Virus record (IMG/VR): IMGVR_UViG_3300031519_006853
Span: 64,001 to 128,000 of that record
Origin: a virus
DNA: 64,000 bases
Reading direction: 5' to 3' (one strand)
This document shows positions 38,393 through 47,370 of this stretch, piece after piece (position 1 is the stretch's first letter; each line of letters starts with the position of its first letter). A program made the translations under genes and the position numbers. The notes under the pieces were generated by a model that had not been told where the DNA came from, ran no database searches, and saw only the letters and a program-made list of their open reading frames with translations.

Positions 38393-38652
38393 AAGACAAG
38401 AAAAGAAATAGAATTATAGAGAGAGATAGGCAATTGACTACATGGGAACGTTTAGCTACAAGGATTGGTTATTTAGGAGCAGGGTTATTAATTGCAGGCC
38501 AATGGACATTGGAACCTGTATTATTTGTAATAGGATTTACTTGTGTTACTATACAAGTTACTGTTAGGAAGCAGTGGAATTTAGTTGTCCTACAATTAAA
38601 CGGATTAATTGCATGGACTGTCCATTTTATTAATAGCTTATCAACATCATGA
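38389..38652 (+). CDS. small membrane protein
   Basis: hydrophobic ORF. Confidence 0.5.
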   Translation: MKDKKRNRIIERDRQLTTWERLATRIGYLGAGLLIAGQWTLEPVLFVIGFTCVTIQVTVRKQWNLVVLQLNGLIAWTVHFINSLSTS

Positions 38653-38912
38653 AATTTAGAACAGGTAAATACGCAGGATTAACAATAGATCATGTTAGAC
38701 AAATAGCACCGTGGTATATTCAATGGGTTCGTGAAAATCGACCAGAGATGTTAAAGGAAAGAACAGCTAAACCTAAAGCAGTTAAGACTACTCAACCATA
38801 CAAACCGTATGCAGGTATTAAACCTAACTATGATTTTTTACCAGACAAACCTGCACCATATCTTGCATCACCCGAAGAAGCATTCGGTATGAACTTTCCA
38901 AAACCGTTATGA
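38649..38912 (+). CDS. protein with GKY.G..I..V...P.YI.W motif (DUF3820/ExoX C-terminal-like)
   Basis: MKFRTGKYAGLTIDHVRQIAPWYIQW. Confidence 0.55.
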   Translation: MKFRTGKYAGLTIDHVRQIAPWYIQWVRENRPEMLKERTAKPKAVKTTQPYKPYAGIKPNYDFLPDKPAPYLASPEEAFGMNFPKPL

Positions 38913-39304
38913 AAAAGAAATATCCAGATGCTGTAGTTTATAATACTAAGACAGGTGAATTTGATGCAAAGATAAAACCTTATCCAACATCAGTGAGCGC
39001 ACCTAGCTTTAAACCTATTAAAGTAGATAAAGGTGATAGTATTAGAGCAAATAAATATTTTGAGTCTAGGATGGCTGAAATTAAAGAAGAGTATAAAAAA
39101 TTAGTAGATGAATATAATTGGACTAGTTTGGTATATGAATCAACATATAACTTTCAGCCTATTATAGGAGAATGTTATTATTTGTATCAAAACAAAGACA
39201 AGAATTTATTTCTAAGCTTGATTGCACCTAATGAGTGGAATATGGAATACTTAGGAACATTTAAATTACTTACAAATGGTAAATGGGAAAAATTAAACAG
39301 CTAA
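38909..39304 (+). CDS. DUF2452-like protein (Bacteroidota family)
   Basis: PYPTSVSAPSF..YNFQPIIGECYYLY..LSLIAPNEW. Confidence 0.75.
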   Translation: MKKKYPDAVVYNTKTGEFDAKIKPYPTSVSAPSFKPIKVDKGDSIRANKYFESRMAEIKEEYKKLVDEYNWTSLVYESTYNFQPIIGECYYLYQNKDKNLFLSLIAPNEWNMEYLGTFKLLTNGKWEKLNS

Positions 39305-39315
39305 ACAAAGAAAAG

Positions 39316-39993
39316 ATGGGGGTAAATCAGAAAAAAGAAATTATTAACCACTTAATTAAAACTAATAATTTTACAAAATATTTAGAAATTGGGGTATACA
39401 TCCCCAGTGATAACTTTGACTTAATTAATGTCACAACCAAACATTCAGTTGATCCATGTGTTGAATTTGAAACTGATAATGTAGATTATAAATATACATC
39501 AGATGATTTCTTCTCTTATTTAGAAAATGATAAATTAGAATTACCTTCTGATTATAAATGGGATGTTATATTCATAGATGGGTTACACATTTCTACACAA
39601 GTAGATAGAGATTTTAATAATGCATTTAATCATTTATCAGAAAATGGATTTATTTTAATTCATGATGCTAATCCTCCTACATTATGGCATGCTAGGGAAG
39701 ATTATCTTGTTGATGGTGTACAAGCCCCTTGGAATGGTACAGTTTGGAAAGCTATATACAAACTTAATGCACTAAGATCTGATTTAGTAGTTCATACTGT
39801 TGGGGGCGAAGGGGCAGAAGGTTATATTAAAGGTGTTGGTGATTGTGATTGGGGTTTATCTGTAATTCATAGAGGAGAACAGGAATGTTGTGAATTTAAC
39901 AATCCTTTTTATGAATATAGAAAATTTGAAGAAAATAGAAAAAGTCATTTGAATACAATTAATATAGAACAATTTTATCAAATGTACCCATAA
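39316..39993 (+). CDS. class I SAM-dependent methyltransferase
   Basis: YLEIGV, DVIFIDGLH, ILIHDANP, WNGTVWKA. Confidence 0.85.
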   Translation: MGVNQKKEIINHLIKTNNFTKYLEIGVYIPSDNFDLINVTTKHSVDPCVEFETDNVDYKYTSDDFFSYLENDKLELPSDYKWDVIFIDGLHISTQVDRDFNNAFNHLSENGFILIHDANPPTLWHAREDYLVDGVQAPWNGTVWKAIYKLNALRSDLVVHTVGGEGAEGYIKGVGDCDWGLSVIHRGEQECCEFNNPFYEYRKFEENRKSHLNTINIEQFYQMYP

Positions 39994-41048
39994 TGAAATT
40001 ATTTTTAGCACTTTTAACCAACCACAGGGTTGATAAATTAAAAAGATTAATAAGGAGCGTACAACTCCAATACCCTGAAGAAACAATTGAAATCAATCCT
40101 GTTATTGTAGTGAATACACTTACTGATAGTTACTACCAAGAAGTATTAGAAGCTAATTTGCCATTTAAGGTAATTAGAACTGAAAGTAATGGTAAACCTG
40201 GAAAGGGTAAGAACTCATGCTTGGATCTTTTTCTAGAAAGTGATTGTGATTTCATTACACAAATCGATGGTGATGATTTCCTATACCCCACGTTTCTAAA
40301 TTCTATTGCAAACCATGTTAATCATTACCCAAATATAGATGTGCTAGGTAGAATACCCTTGGATTATATAGCAAAACATAAACCAACTGGAGGTTATACG
40401 TTTATGGCAGATGAAGAAACATATGCTTCTGTTTGGGGGATCTCTATATGCAATTTTGGAGAAAGATATCCTTCCAGAGGAAATTGGCTAGATGAAGGAT
40501 TTCCAGCTCTTGGTACAAGACTTATGCTACAAAGTAGAAAGAGTGCTGAGGTTAAGATGCATGAAGATATCGGAGTTAGAGAAGATCATGTTTATTGTAT
40601 GCAGCTCTTATCAGAACACATTAAAGGAAACCTCGGATTCTATTTAAGCACCTCAAGTGATTTTTCAATAATAGATAAAAGTTTAGAAGACAATATACAG
40701 TCTAAGTTTCAAGAAGACGATGAGTTAGTAGAGCTTTTAAGAAATAAGATGCTTTCGTATGTTTCAGAAAACCGTTCCAGTCTTACTGAGCTGCCCTTAA
40801 TATTTAAAAGTCTTTTGATTAATCAATATGAAAAAGAAGAATTTGTAAAAAATATATACCAAGTGATGAAGCTACAAACCGAAGACTACGAACAACTATT
40901 AGATAGGATTAAAGTAATAAGTAATGTAATAGATAATAATCTTCAGCAACACCCAGTTGCTAAAATACATACTAACATTAAAGACCACATATCAGCAGCC
41001 GTTGATGAATTATATAAAGCAGCAGAGATAGTTAAGAAAAACTGTTAA
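39993..41048 (+). CDS. GT-A-fold glycosyltransferase
   Basis: SNGKPGKGKNS, TQIDGDDFL. Confidence 0.65.
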   Translation: MKLFLALLTNHRVDKLKRLIRSVQLQYPEETIEINPVIVVNTLTDSYYQEVLEANLPFKVIRTESNGKPGKGKNSCLDLFLESDCDFITQIDGDDFLYPTFLNSIANHVNHYPNIDVLGRIPLDYIAKHKPTGGYTFMADEETYASVWGISICNFGERYPSRGNWLDEGFPALGTRLMLQSRKSAEVKMHEDIGVREDHVYCMQLLSEHIKGNLGFYLSTSSDFSIIDKSLEDNIQSKFQEDDELVELLRNKMLSYVSENRSSLTELPLIFKSLLINQYEKEEFVKNIYQVMKLQTEDYEQLLDRIKVISNVIDNNLQQHPVAKIHTNIKDHISAAVDELYKAAEIVKKNC

Positions 41049-41057
41049 AAACTGTTA

Positions 41058-41157
41058 AATTGTTAATAACTTTTTAAAATAACTACGAAAGTATGGCCGG
41101 AATCGCATAGAATTGATTATATTTATATTATAAATAATTAATTAAAACAAAACGGAA
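41058..41157 (+). promoter_or_regulatory. class I element, copy 2/9
   Basis: same motif. Confidence 0.75.
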
Positions 41158-41619
41158 ATGGCAACAATTACAGAACACAGATCAGAATTAGGAAACGGAT
41201 TTTCAATCACTCAACAAGTAAAAGGTAAGCAATACAAATTTCATGCTCATAACCACGGATTATGCTGGGATAAGGAATATGACTACCAAGTTATTACAAA
41301 ATGCCAAGCTGGGTTTTTTACTGTATCAACAGGAAAATCTAAACTAAGTCATATTGTTACAGGTTATAAGACAAACAAATTACATACTGTACAACTTAAA
41401 AATGATAATGGTTTTTATCTAACTGCTCTTGCAATAAAAGGTGGTAAATTCTATTTAATAGATAAAGAAATCCTAGAATGTTTAACAGTAGGAGATATTC
41501 ATTCTAACTTTCCTGCAATGGCTGATCATAATCATTGGAAAAACATCGGTTCTAAAACATGGGCAGATCCAGCATACGGAATGTTAGTTAACTCCACAGT
41601 GGAATTTCAAAATTGTTAA
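41158..41619 (+). CDS. hypothetical protein (early module)
   Basis: follows the repeated promoter element. Confidence 0.65.
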   Translation: MATITEHRSELGNGFSITQQVKGKQYKFHAHNHGLCWDKEYDYQVITKCQAGFFTVSTGKSKLSHIVTGYKTNKLHTVQLKNDNGFYLTALAIKGGKFYLIDKEILECLTVGDIHSNFPAMADHNHWKNIGSKTWADPAYGMLVNSTVEFQNC

Positions 41620-41713
41620 TAACTTTTTAAAAATAACTGTCTAAGTATGGCCAGAATCGCATAGAAATGATTATATTTATATTAATAATAACAATAACAA
41701 AAACGGAAACATT
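41611..41713 (+). promoter_or_regulatory. class I element, copy 3/9
   Basis: same motif. Confidence 0.75.
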
Positions 41714-42064
41714 ATGAACAACGCATTTGAAACTAAAGCAAATTACAAGGAGTCAGTAACAGTATTAAGAACTCAGATTAAATCTCTGAAAAGTTTGGTT
41801 AAATGTTGCAAAGAAGAACGTGCAACTATCAAACCTATTATAGATGAAAAGGTAAATATGCTGAAGTACATATCAGGTTTGAAATCATGGAACTTTAATT
41901 TTGAAGGTGGTGGTTGGAATTCTAATGTTGCTAAGACCAAAGAAGAATCAATTAAGAAGGCAAAGAAAATGTATAATGCAAGTAAACATACTCAGGTTTC
42001 TGAAACTAGTTTCCGAGTTGCTACTGATGCTGATACAAAAAACTTATTATCGTTATTTTACTAA
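41714..42064 (+). CDS. hypothetical protein (early module)
   Basis: follows the repeated promoter element. Confidence 0.65.
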   Translation: MNNAFETKANYKESVTVLRTQIKSLKSLVKCCKEERATIKPIIDEKVNMLKYISGLKSWNFNFEGGGWNSNVAKTKEESIKKAKKMYNASKHTQVSETSFRVATDADTKNLLSLFY

Positions 42065-42157
42065 TTGTTAATAACTTTTTGAAAATAACAAGAATTTATA
42101 GTTCAGAATCACAAAAAAAGTATTATATTTATACTATAATTAAAAAACGGAAATAAT
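42063..42157 (+). promoter_or_regulatory. class I element, copy 4/9
   Basis: same motif. Confidence 0.75.
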
Positions 42158-43036
42158 ATGAAAAAAGTTCAAAAAATCAAATCAAGGCTAACTCAGATTA
42201 GCAATGTCAAATATGAGAAAGGTTTATTCGAGGCTCATAAAACAAATACACCATTAGACGGATTATTTAGTATTGATGGCGGAGTTCCAAAAGCAACTAA
42301 CTGGATGGTAGTTGGAGATCCTGGTGTTGGTAAATCTACTGTAACACTAGATATTATTGCAAATGCAAAAAAGACTGGATCTAAAGTACTATTCATCTCA
42401 GCTGAAATGAACCAGGTGGATCTTTACCTTTATGTTAAAAGGTATCCTAAGTTCGGAGAATTAGATATATTCTTTCCACAAGAAATAGAAGACAATGAGG
42501 ATCCGAAACAAGTATTAGAAGAAATACTAAATGAAGGCTATGATATAGTTTTAATAGATTCATTTGTTGAACTACAAGAAACAATCCGAGAATCAGGCAG
42601 AATGACCAGAAACAGTTCAGAAAAATACTTATTGGATTTAATGTACAAACAAAACCTAGGAGCTAATAAAGCTAAATGCTTTACATCATTCCTTAATATA
42701 CAACAAGTAAATAAAGGTGGAACATTTGTAGGATCCAACAAACTGAAACATATGACTACTGGTATGATGGAGATAAGGTTCGTAGATGAAAGGGATCAGG
42801 AGGAAAGGTATGTTACCTTTAGTAAAAACCGTCGCGGTCATGTCGGGAAGCAAATGTACTTCGATCTCTCTGCTAGTGGTAATGTAACATATGATACTGA
42901 AAGGTTCAAGAAAGCTGAAGGATTAAAACAATTAAAGAAAGCTGAAAAAGAAAAAATCAAAAAATCAGGTTTACAATTCGATGCTCTATTCGGATTAGAT
43001 AAAGATCAAGAAGAAGGTGAAACAACGAATAAATAA
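42158..43036 (+). CDS. RecA-superfamily ATPase (RadA/Sms/KaiC-like)
   Basis: GDPGVGKS, FISAE, VLIDS, LKHM, KNRRG. Confidence 0.85.
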   Translation: MKKVQKIKSRLTQISNVKYEKGLFEAHKTNTPLDGLFSIDGGVPKATNWMVVGDPGVGKSTVTLDIIANAKKTGSKVLFISAEMNQVDLYLYVKRYPKFGELDIFFPQEIEDNEDPKQVLEEILNEGYDIVLIDSFVELQETIRESGRMTRNSSEKYLLDLMYKQNLGANKAKCFTSFLNIQQVNKGGTFVGSNKLKHMTTGMMEIRFVDERDQEERYVTFSKNRRGHVGKQMYFDLSASGNVTYDTERFKKAEGLKQLKKAEKEKIKKSGLQFDALFGLDKDQEEGETTNK

Positions 43037-43149
43037 ATTGTTAATAACTTTAGAAAAATAACTTATATTTATAGTTCAGAAACAGTAAAAATTGATTATA
43101 TTTATACTATATTAATTAAACAAATAACAAAAACAAAAAAGTAAAAATT
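43036..43149 (+). promoter_or_regulatory. class I element, copy 5/9
   Basis: same motif. Confidence 0.75.
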
Positions 43150-44307
43150 ATGAAAGAATTAACTACATTATCGCCAACTGCATTCGCCGCCCGTAAAGCC
43201 GAAGCTGTTAGGAACGAAGTAATGAGAAAAGAAATCAGTTTATCTGAGTTCAATGTAATCGACAATACTCATATCGAGGTTGACGGAGTAAAAATAGAAT
43301 TAACACCATTTGCCTTCAAAAGGTTATTAGGTAGGTTAAGAATACCAACGGCATTTGCTAAAAGGTTCGAAACAGGATTTGGTTCTGATGGACTACAACA
43401 ATTAGTACAGATGATGAAAACTATGAAATCATCTAAGAATGATCAAACTGTAACTCTATTGGTTGATCCAAGAGCAAAGAAAGTTACTAACATATTACCT
43501 GCAGGTTATGCAAGTATTAGTAATGAAGCATTCATTGATTTTGCTGAAGGGTATATCAATCAATACGGATTAGAGGTTAAGGACTTCGGTTCAGATCCAA
43601 ACGGTGGAGCTACAATTAACTGTGTATCTCCTAACTCTGTCTTTTCTGTTCCAGGAATGTCGGATGAAGTATTTAATACTGGTGTAACATTCAGAAATAC
43701 CCCAACCAGAGGATTAGAAGTATCGCCTTATCTAAACCGATTAGTTTGCTCAAATGGTATGTCATCAACATCATTCTCTGAAACATACGGTTTACATGAA
43801 CTAACTGATAAATCAATTAGAGAATTTAATGATCATATGATTAACATGGCATCTACAGGATTTCAACCTGTAGGATTAGCTGACAAAATTAAAATGGCAA
43901 ATAACACTGATGCATCAATTGCTGAAGTACAACGCGCAATGTCCGCTATGTTATCAACTGATAAAAAAATTGATTTTGATTACATGCAAAGGTACTTACC
44001 AATTAACCGAGTTATGAAAGCATACTCTGATATTGGAGCTGAACCATCTACCTTTACTACAAAGCAATTACAAAATGCTAAATCAGGTTTATCAATCTGG
44101 GAAGTAGTAAACGGTATAACAAACTTTGCATCCAATGATGAAAAATACAATATAGATGATCACAAAACTGGTAATCTAATGGTATCAGCTGGAAACCTTT
44201 TAATGAAAAAGAATTTTGATACTGAAGCTCTGATTCAATTTGATCCATTTGCAAATAAGCAATTGCTAAATGAAAATGAATCTGCTCGCCTAATGGGACA
44301 AGCATAA
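43150..44307 (+). CDS. DUF932-like protein
   Basis: LNRLVCSNGM motif. Confidence 0.55.
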   Translation: MKELTTLSPTAFAARKAEAVRNEVMRKEISLSEFNVIDNTHIEVDGVKIELTPFAFKRLLGRLRIPTAFAKRFETGFGSDGLQQLVQMMKTMKSSKNDQTVTLLVDPRAKKVTNILPAGYASISNEAFIDFAEGYINQYGLEVKDFGSDPNGGATINCVSPNSVFSVPGMSDEVFNTGVTFRNTPTRGLEVSPYLNRLVCSNGMSSTSFSETYGLHELTDKSIREFNDHMINMASTGFQPVGLADKIKMANNTDASIAEVQRAMSAMLSTDKKIDFDYMQRYLPINRVMKAYSDIGAEPSTFTTKQLQNAKSGLSIWEVVNGITNFASNDEKYNIDDHKTGNLMVSAGNLLMKKNFDTEALIQFDPFANKQLLNENESARLMGQA

Positions 44308-44377
44308 TATCCCAATCAACCAAAGGATGAGGTTAGTAGTTTAGATTTCCGTTTATCTACTAATCAAAAATCCACCG

Positions 44378-44414
44378 AAGGCATCTGGGTAACATTACTC
44401 AGGTGCCTTTTTTT
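44378..44414 (+). terminator. intrinsic terminator
   Basis: AAGGCATCTGGGT/ACTCAGGTGCCTT stem followed by a T-run. Confidence 0.8.
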
Positions 44415-44434
44415 GTTTAACCATATATACTAAA

Positions 44435-44551
44435 ATGGATCCAAAGGAAAAAGACTATATCGACAAGTACGACGACACGGAAAATTCCGAATACGATAGC
44501 ATCAGTGTACCAAAAGAAACAGAGTACAACGATGATGATTACGATTATTAA
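44435..44551 (+). CDS. 38-aa highly acidic peptide (not in ORF track)
   Basis: MDPKEKDYIDKYDDTENSEYDSISVPKETEYNDDDYDY. Confidence 0.45.
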   Translation: MDPKEKDYIDKYDDTENSEYDSISVPKETEYNDDDYDY

Positions 44552-44570
44552 CCAAACTTAAATATATCTT

Positions 44571-45425
44571 ATGAAAAACTTAATTAAATTAATCTGCATA
44601 GTAGTCTTATTTTTATCAGTAAATAGCTGTGGCGTCTCATGGCAAATACAATCAGTAAACCAAGCTGCTCAGGTAGATACTTTATATGATGTTGATGTAA
44701 TTACCTCTAGGAGACAATTAGATTGGAAAATGCAAAGAGATTGGAACTTTGCTAATAACTATTATTCTTTCCTACAACAACAAAACTACTCATTCTTTGT
44801 AGATCAATATTATAGTAATAGACTATATAGATTCGGATGGAATGGACCGCATGATTATTGGATGAATTGGCAATGGAACTGGCACTCAGGTTATAGCAAT
44901 AGTTGGATGTGGAATCAGTATCCTTATTATGGTAATTGGGGATCAAGTCAGTGGCACTATTATCAGAACTCAGGCCATTGGGGATACTCTCAAATTTATG
45001 GTCCAAGAACTCAGTATTTAGGAAATGTATATGGTAGTCGATATGGTCGTAGATCCTCAAATAGATCTCCCCTGTTTAATTCTAATTCTAGTAGATCTAG
45101 TATATTATTAGACTCAAAGGTCAGCACATCTGAAAGTCGCACATATAATCTAAATACAGCGTCACCAATACAAAATTCAATTATCCGTAACAACTCTAAA
45201 CCACGTGTGCTACCAAACTCAAAACCACCAATAGTCAACAACAAACCTGTAATAATCAACAAACCAATTATTCGTAATAACAACAGGCCAGTAATCAACA
45301 ATAGTAATAGCAAGCCAAGGATCAATAATTCCAGCTCTCGCCCTAATTTTAATCGACCAGTTAGTAGACCAAGTGTTCCAAAAACAAACAGTAATACTAA
45401 TAGAAAAGGCAAGAACCCTAGATAG
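44571..45425 (+). CDS. lipoprotein with W/Y-rich core and N/S/R/P low-complexity tail
   Basis: signal peptide with VNS|C lipobox; NNxPVI repeats. Confidence 0.7.
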   Translation: MKNLIKLICIVVLFLSVNSCGVSWQIQSVNQAAQVDTLYDVDVITSRRQLDWKMQRDWNFANNYYSFLQQQNYSFFVDQYYSNRLYRFGWNGPHDYWMNWQWNWHSGYSNSWMWNQYPYYGNWGSSQWHYYQNSGHWGYSQIYGPRTQYLGNVYGSRYGRRSSNRSPLFNSNSSRSSILLDSKVSTSESRTYNLNTASPIQNSIIRNNSKPRVLPNSKPPIVNNKPVIINKPIIRNNNRPVINNSNSKPRINNSSSRPNFNRPVSRPSVPKTNSNTNRKGKNPR

Positions 45426-45843
45426 ATCTGTATATACCTCTGAGCAATCGCGTATACTAGTAATACCATAATATCGGGTAGTATCTCATATTCCTTTCAG
45501 TACTATCAGTTAATCCGTTCCGGGAGTCCGATACGCTGAAACTGGCTCATGACTTACAGTTCCAGAGTACTGTGATATATACTAGCTTAAATGGTCCTTT
45601 TCTGTACTCCTGTGATAACCTTTTATCTACTCTAAGTACTCTCATTAACTGTAAGTACACTCAAACGGCCTTTCCAGTGGTCAATGTCTAGTTGAGAAAT
45701 CCAAATCATTCGGCACATGCTAACACCTGACCTAGGCCTCCAGAATCCTACCGAGCTGAATCTGTACTCTGAAGAATCACCAAGATGTACTCATATAGCT
45801 ATAATACTGTACTTAGACAGGAAATACCCTGGTTGAGCGAAGC
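45426..45843. other. non-coding island rich in GTAC
   Basis: 8 GTAC between 45500 and 45812; no ORF >=60 aa across 45470-45784. Confidence 0.6.
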
Positions 45844-45940
45844 AATTGTTAATAACTTTTTGAAAATAACTGCCTGGTTATGGCTACAATCGCATAGAAT
45901 TGATTATATTTATATTATAATAATTAAAACAAACGGAAAT
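45844..45940 (+). promoter_or_regulatory. class I element, copy 6/9
   Basis: same motif. Confidence 0.75.
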
Positions 45941-46333
45941 ATGAAAATTCAAAATTTTGCAAAAGGTAATCTACAAACCCTTAGAGTAGACATGGACAAA
46001 GCACTACAATCAGTTGCTAAGAAATACGGTATTACAATCCACGCTGGTAACGCTAGCTTCAGTGGTAACGAATGTACCTTCAAAGTTAAATGCAATACAG
46101 TAGGATCTGATGGTACTGCTATTACTAGGGAAGCTACTAACTGGGATCGCTATAAAGGACTCCACGGTATGGATCATCTAAATGTTGGTGATACTATTAC
46201 TATCCAAGGTTCTCCTTATATACTAACAGGATTTAATAGTAGAGCAAGAAAGGCTCCTATTAATTTTAAGAACTCAGCAGGCTCTGGTTATAAATGTTCA
46301 GTAAGAATGTTACTAATGGAAAACTCTAAATAA
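45941..46333 (+). CDS. hypothetical protein (early module)
   Basis: start MKIQNF follows the repeated element. Confidence 0.65.
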   Translation: MKIQNFAKGNLQTLRVDMDKALQSVAKKYGITIHAGNASFSGNECTFKVKCNTVGSDGTAITREATNWDRYKGLHGMDHLNVGDTITIQGSPYILTGFNSRARKAPINFKNSAGSGYKCSVRMLLMENSK

Positions 46334-46334
46334 T

Positions 46335-46592
46335 ATGGCAATGAATCTACAGTATATTTCGGAAGAATCGGTACAACAATTTATAGATGGAATGGATGAG
46401 GTTACAACTGAATCTCTTCTAGAAGATCCAGGAGTTGAGGAACTACTAACTGGCTCTGTACCTCCACAAATACAGGAGCACGATAATCCTCTTGGTACTA
46501 TAGAATCCTTTCTACAACTTTTTATAGATCGTGAGGAATATGAGATTTGTGCTAAACTGGTCGAGGTACATCCAGAGCTATGCAAAAACTAG
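46335..46592 (+). CDS. small acidic protein with UVR-like motif
   Basis: FIDREEYEICAKL. Confidence 0.55.
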   Translation: MAMNLQYISEESVQQFIDGMDEVTTESLLEDPGVEELLTGSVPPQIQEHDNPLGTIESFLQLFIDREEYEICAKLVEVHPELCKN

Positions 46593-47310
46593 GCAAAATA
46601 TGATGTAAAAACACTCCTTTTTAGGGTGCTAATACCAGGTCTTCTAGACAGCCGCTCTAGAGGGCCTATATTAGTGTGTTATTTGGGCACTATTTGGGCA
46701 TATATAGCCTATATAGAGCGTCCAGTATCGTCAACTATCGTCTAGACCGCCCTATATACACCCTCTAGAGCACTAATATAGCCTATATGGCACCCTATTG
46801 TCCGCTCGAGTCAGCTACATGCCGCTAGTATCGTCATATATAGGTATATAGGGTCCATAGACTGCTATAGCCGCTAACCTCACGCCACAGACCAAAATAG
46901 CCTGCTACGACCACCACAGCACTAAAACAACTACTAAATCATCAATAACCCTAGTACGGTCTAGACAGGCTATAGGGCTCGCTGGACCACCCTAGCAAGC
47001 AACTACCATAGTATAGCAACAAGACAAGCAACTAGCTATATAGTAGACTAGTGGTAGTGGTAGCCATGTGGTAGTGGTCAACCAGGCAATGGTAGCAAGA
47101 GAGCAATAAAGTGAATCTTTCTCTTAAGGTGTATTTTTCTCTTGGGAATCTAGAGGTCTACTGGGCGCATGACTTTTACTAGTCCAGAAATTTCCAGCCA
47201 GAAAAAAGAGCTAGTCCAGATATGTGAACCGATTGCTATGTCTATTCGGATCATTTCTAGTCTGGAAAAAATTGGGCCCGAAAAAAATATGACTAAATAA
47301 ACTCTTACTA
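46593..47310. repeat. GC-richer non-coding island with palindromes and nested inverted repeats
   Basis: 6 TCTAGA, about 15 CTAG, CCCTATATAC/GTATATAGGG, ACTACCA/TGGTAGT, CTAGTC[CT][AG]GA x3. Confidence 0.75.
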
Positions 47311-47314
47311 CACT

Positions 47315-47344
47315 TTCAGTTACCTACAGGACTTGTTATAATTA
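47315..47344 (+). promoter_or_regulatory. class I core only
   Basis: TTCAGT-N15-TTATAATTA. Confidence 0.55.
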
Positions 47345-47370
47345 TATTAAACAATAACTAATAAAAGACT

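Noticed and set aside
44752-45060. Minus-strand ORFs (e.g. 432, 5770, 10762, 11137, 14567, 27532, 44752, 45011, 61690, 63285)
   Set aside because: They are antisense shadows of well-supported plus-strand genes and carry no recognisable motifs.
45170-45420. AACAA/AATAA periodicity as a DNA repeat array
   Set aside because: Explained by the low-complexity NNxPVI tail of the lipoprotein.
45785-45940. N-terminal extension of ORF 45785..46333
   Set aside because: It runs through the class I promoter element; the real start is most likely 45941.
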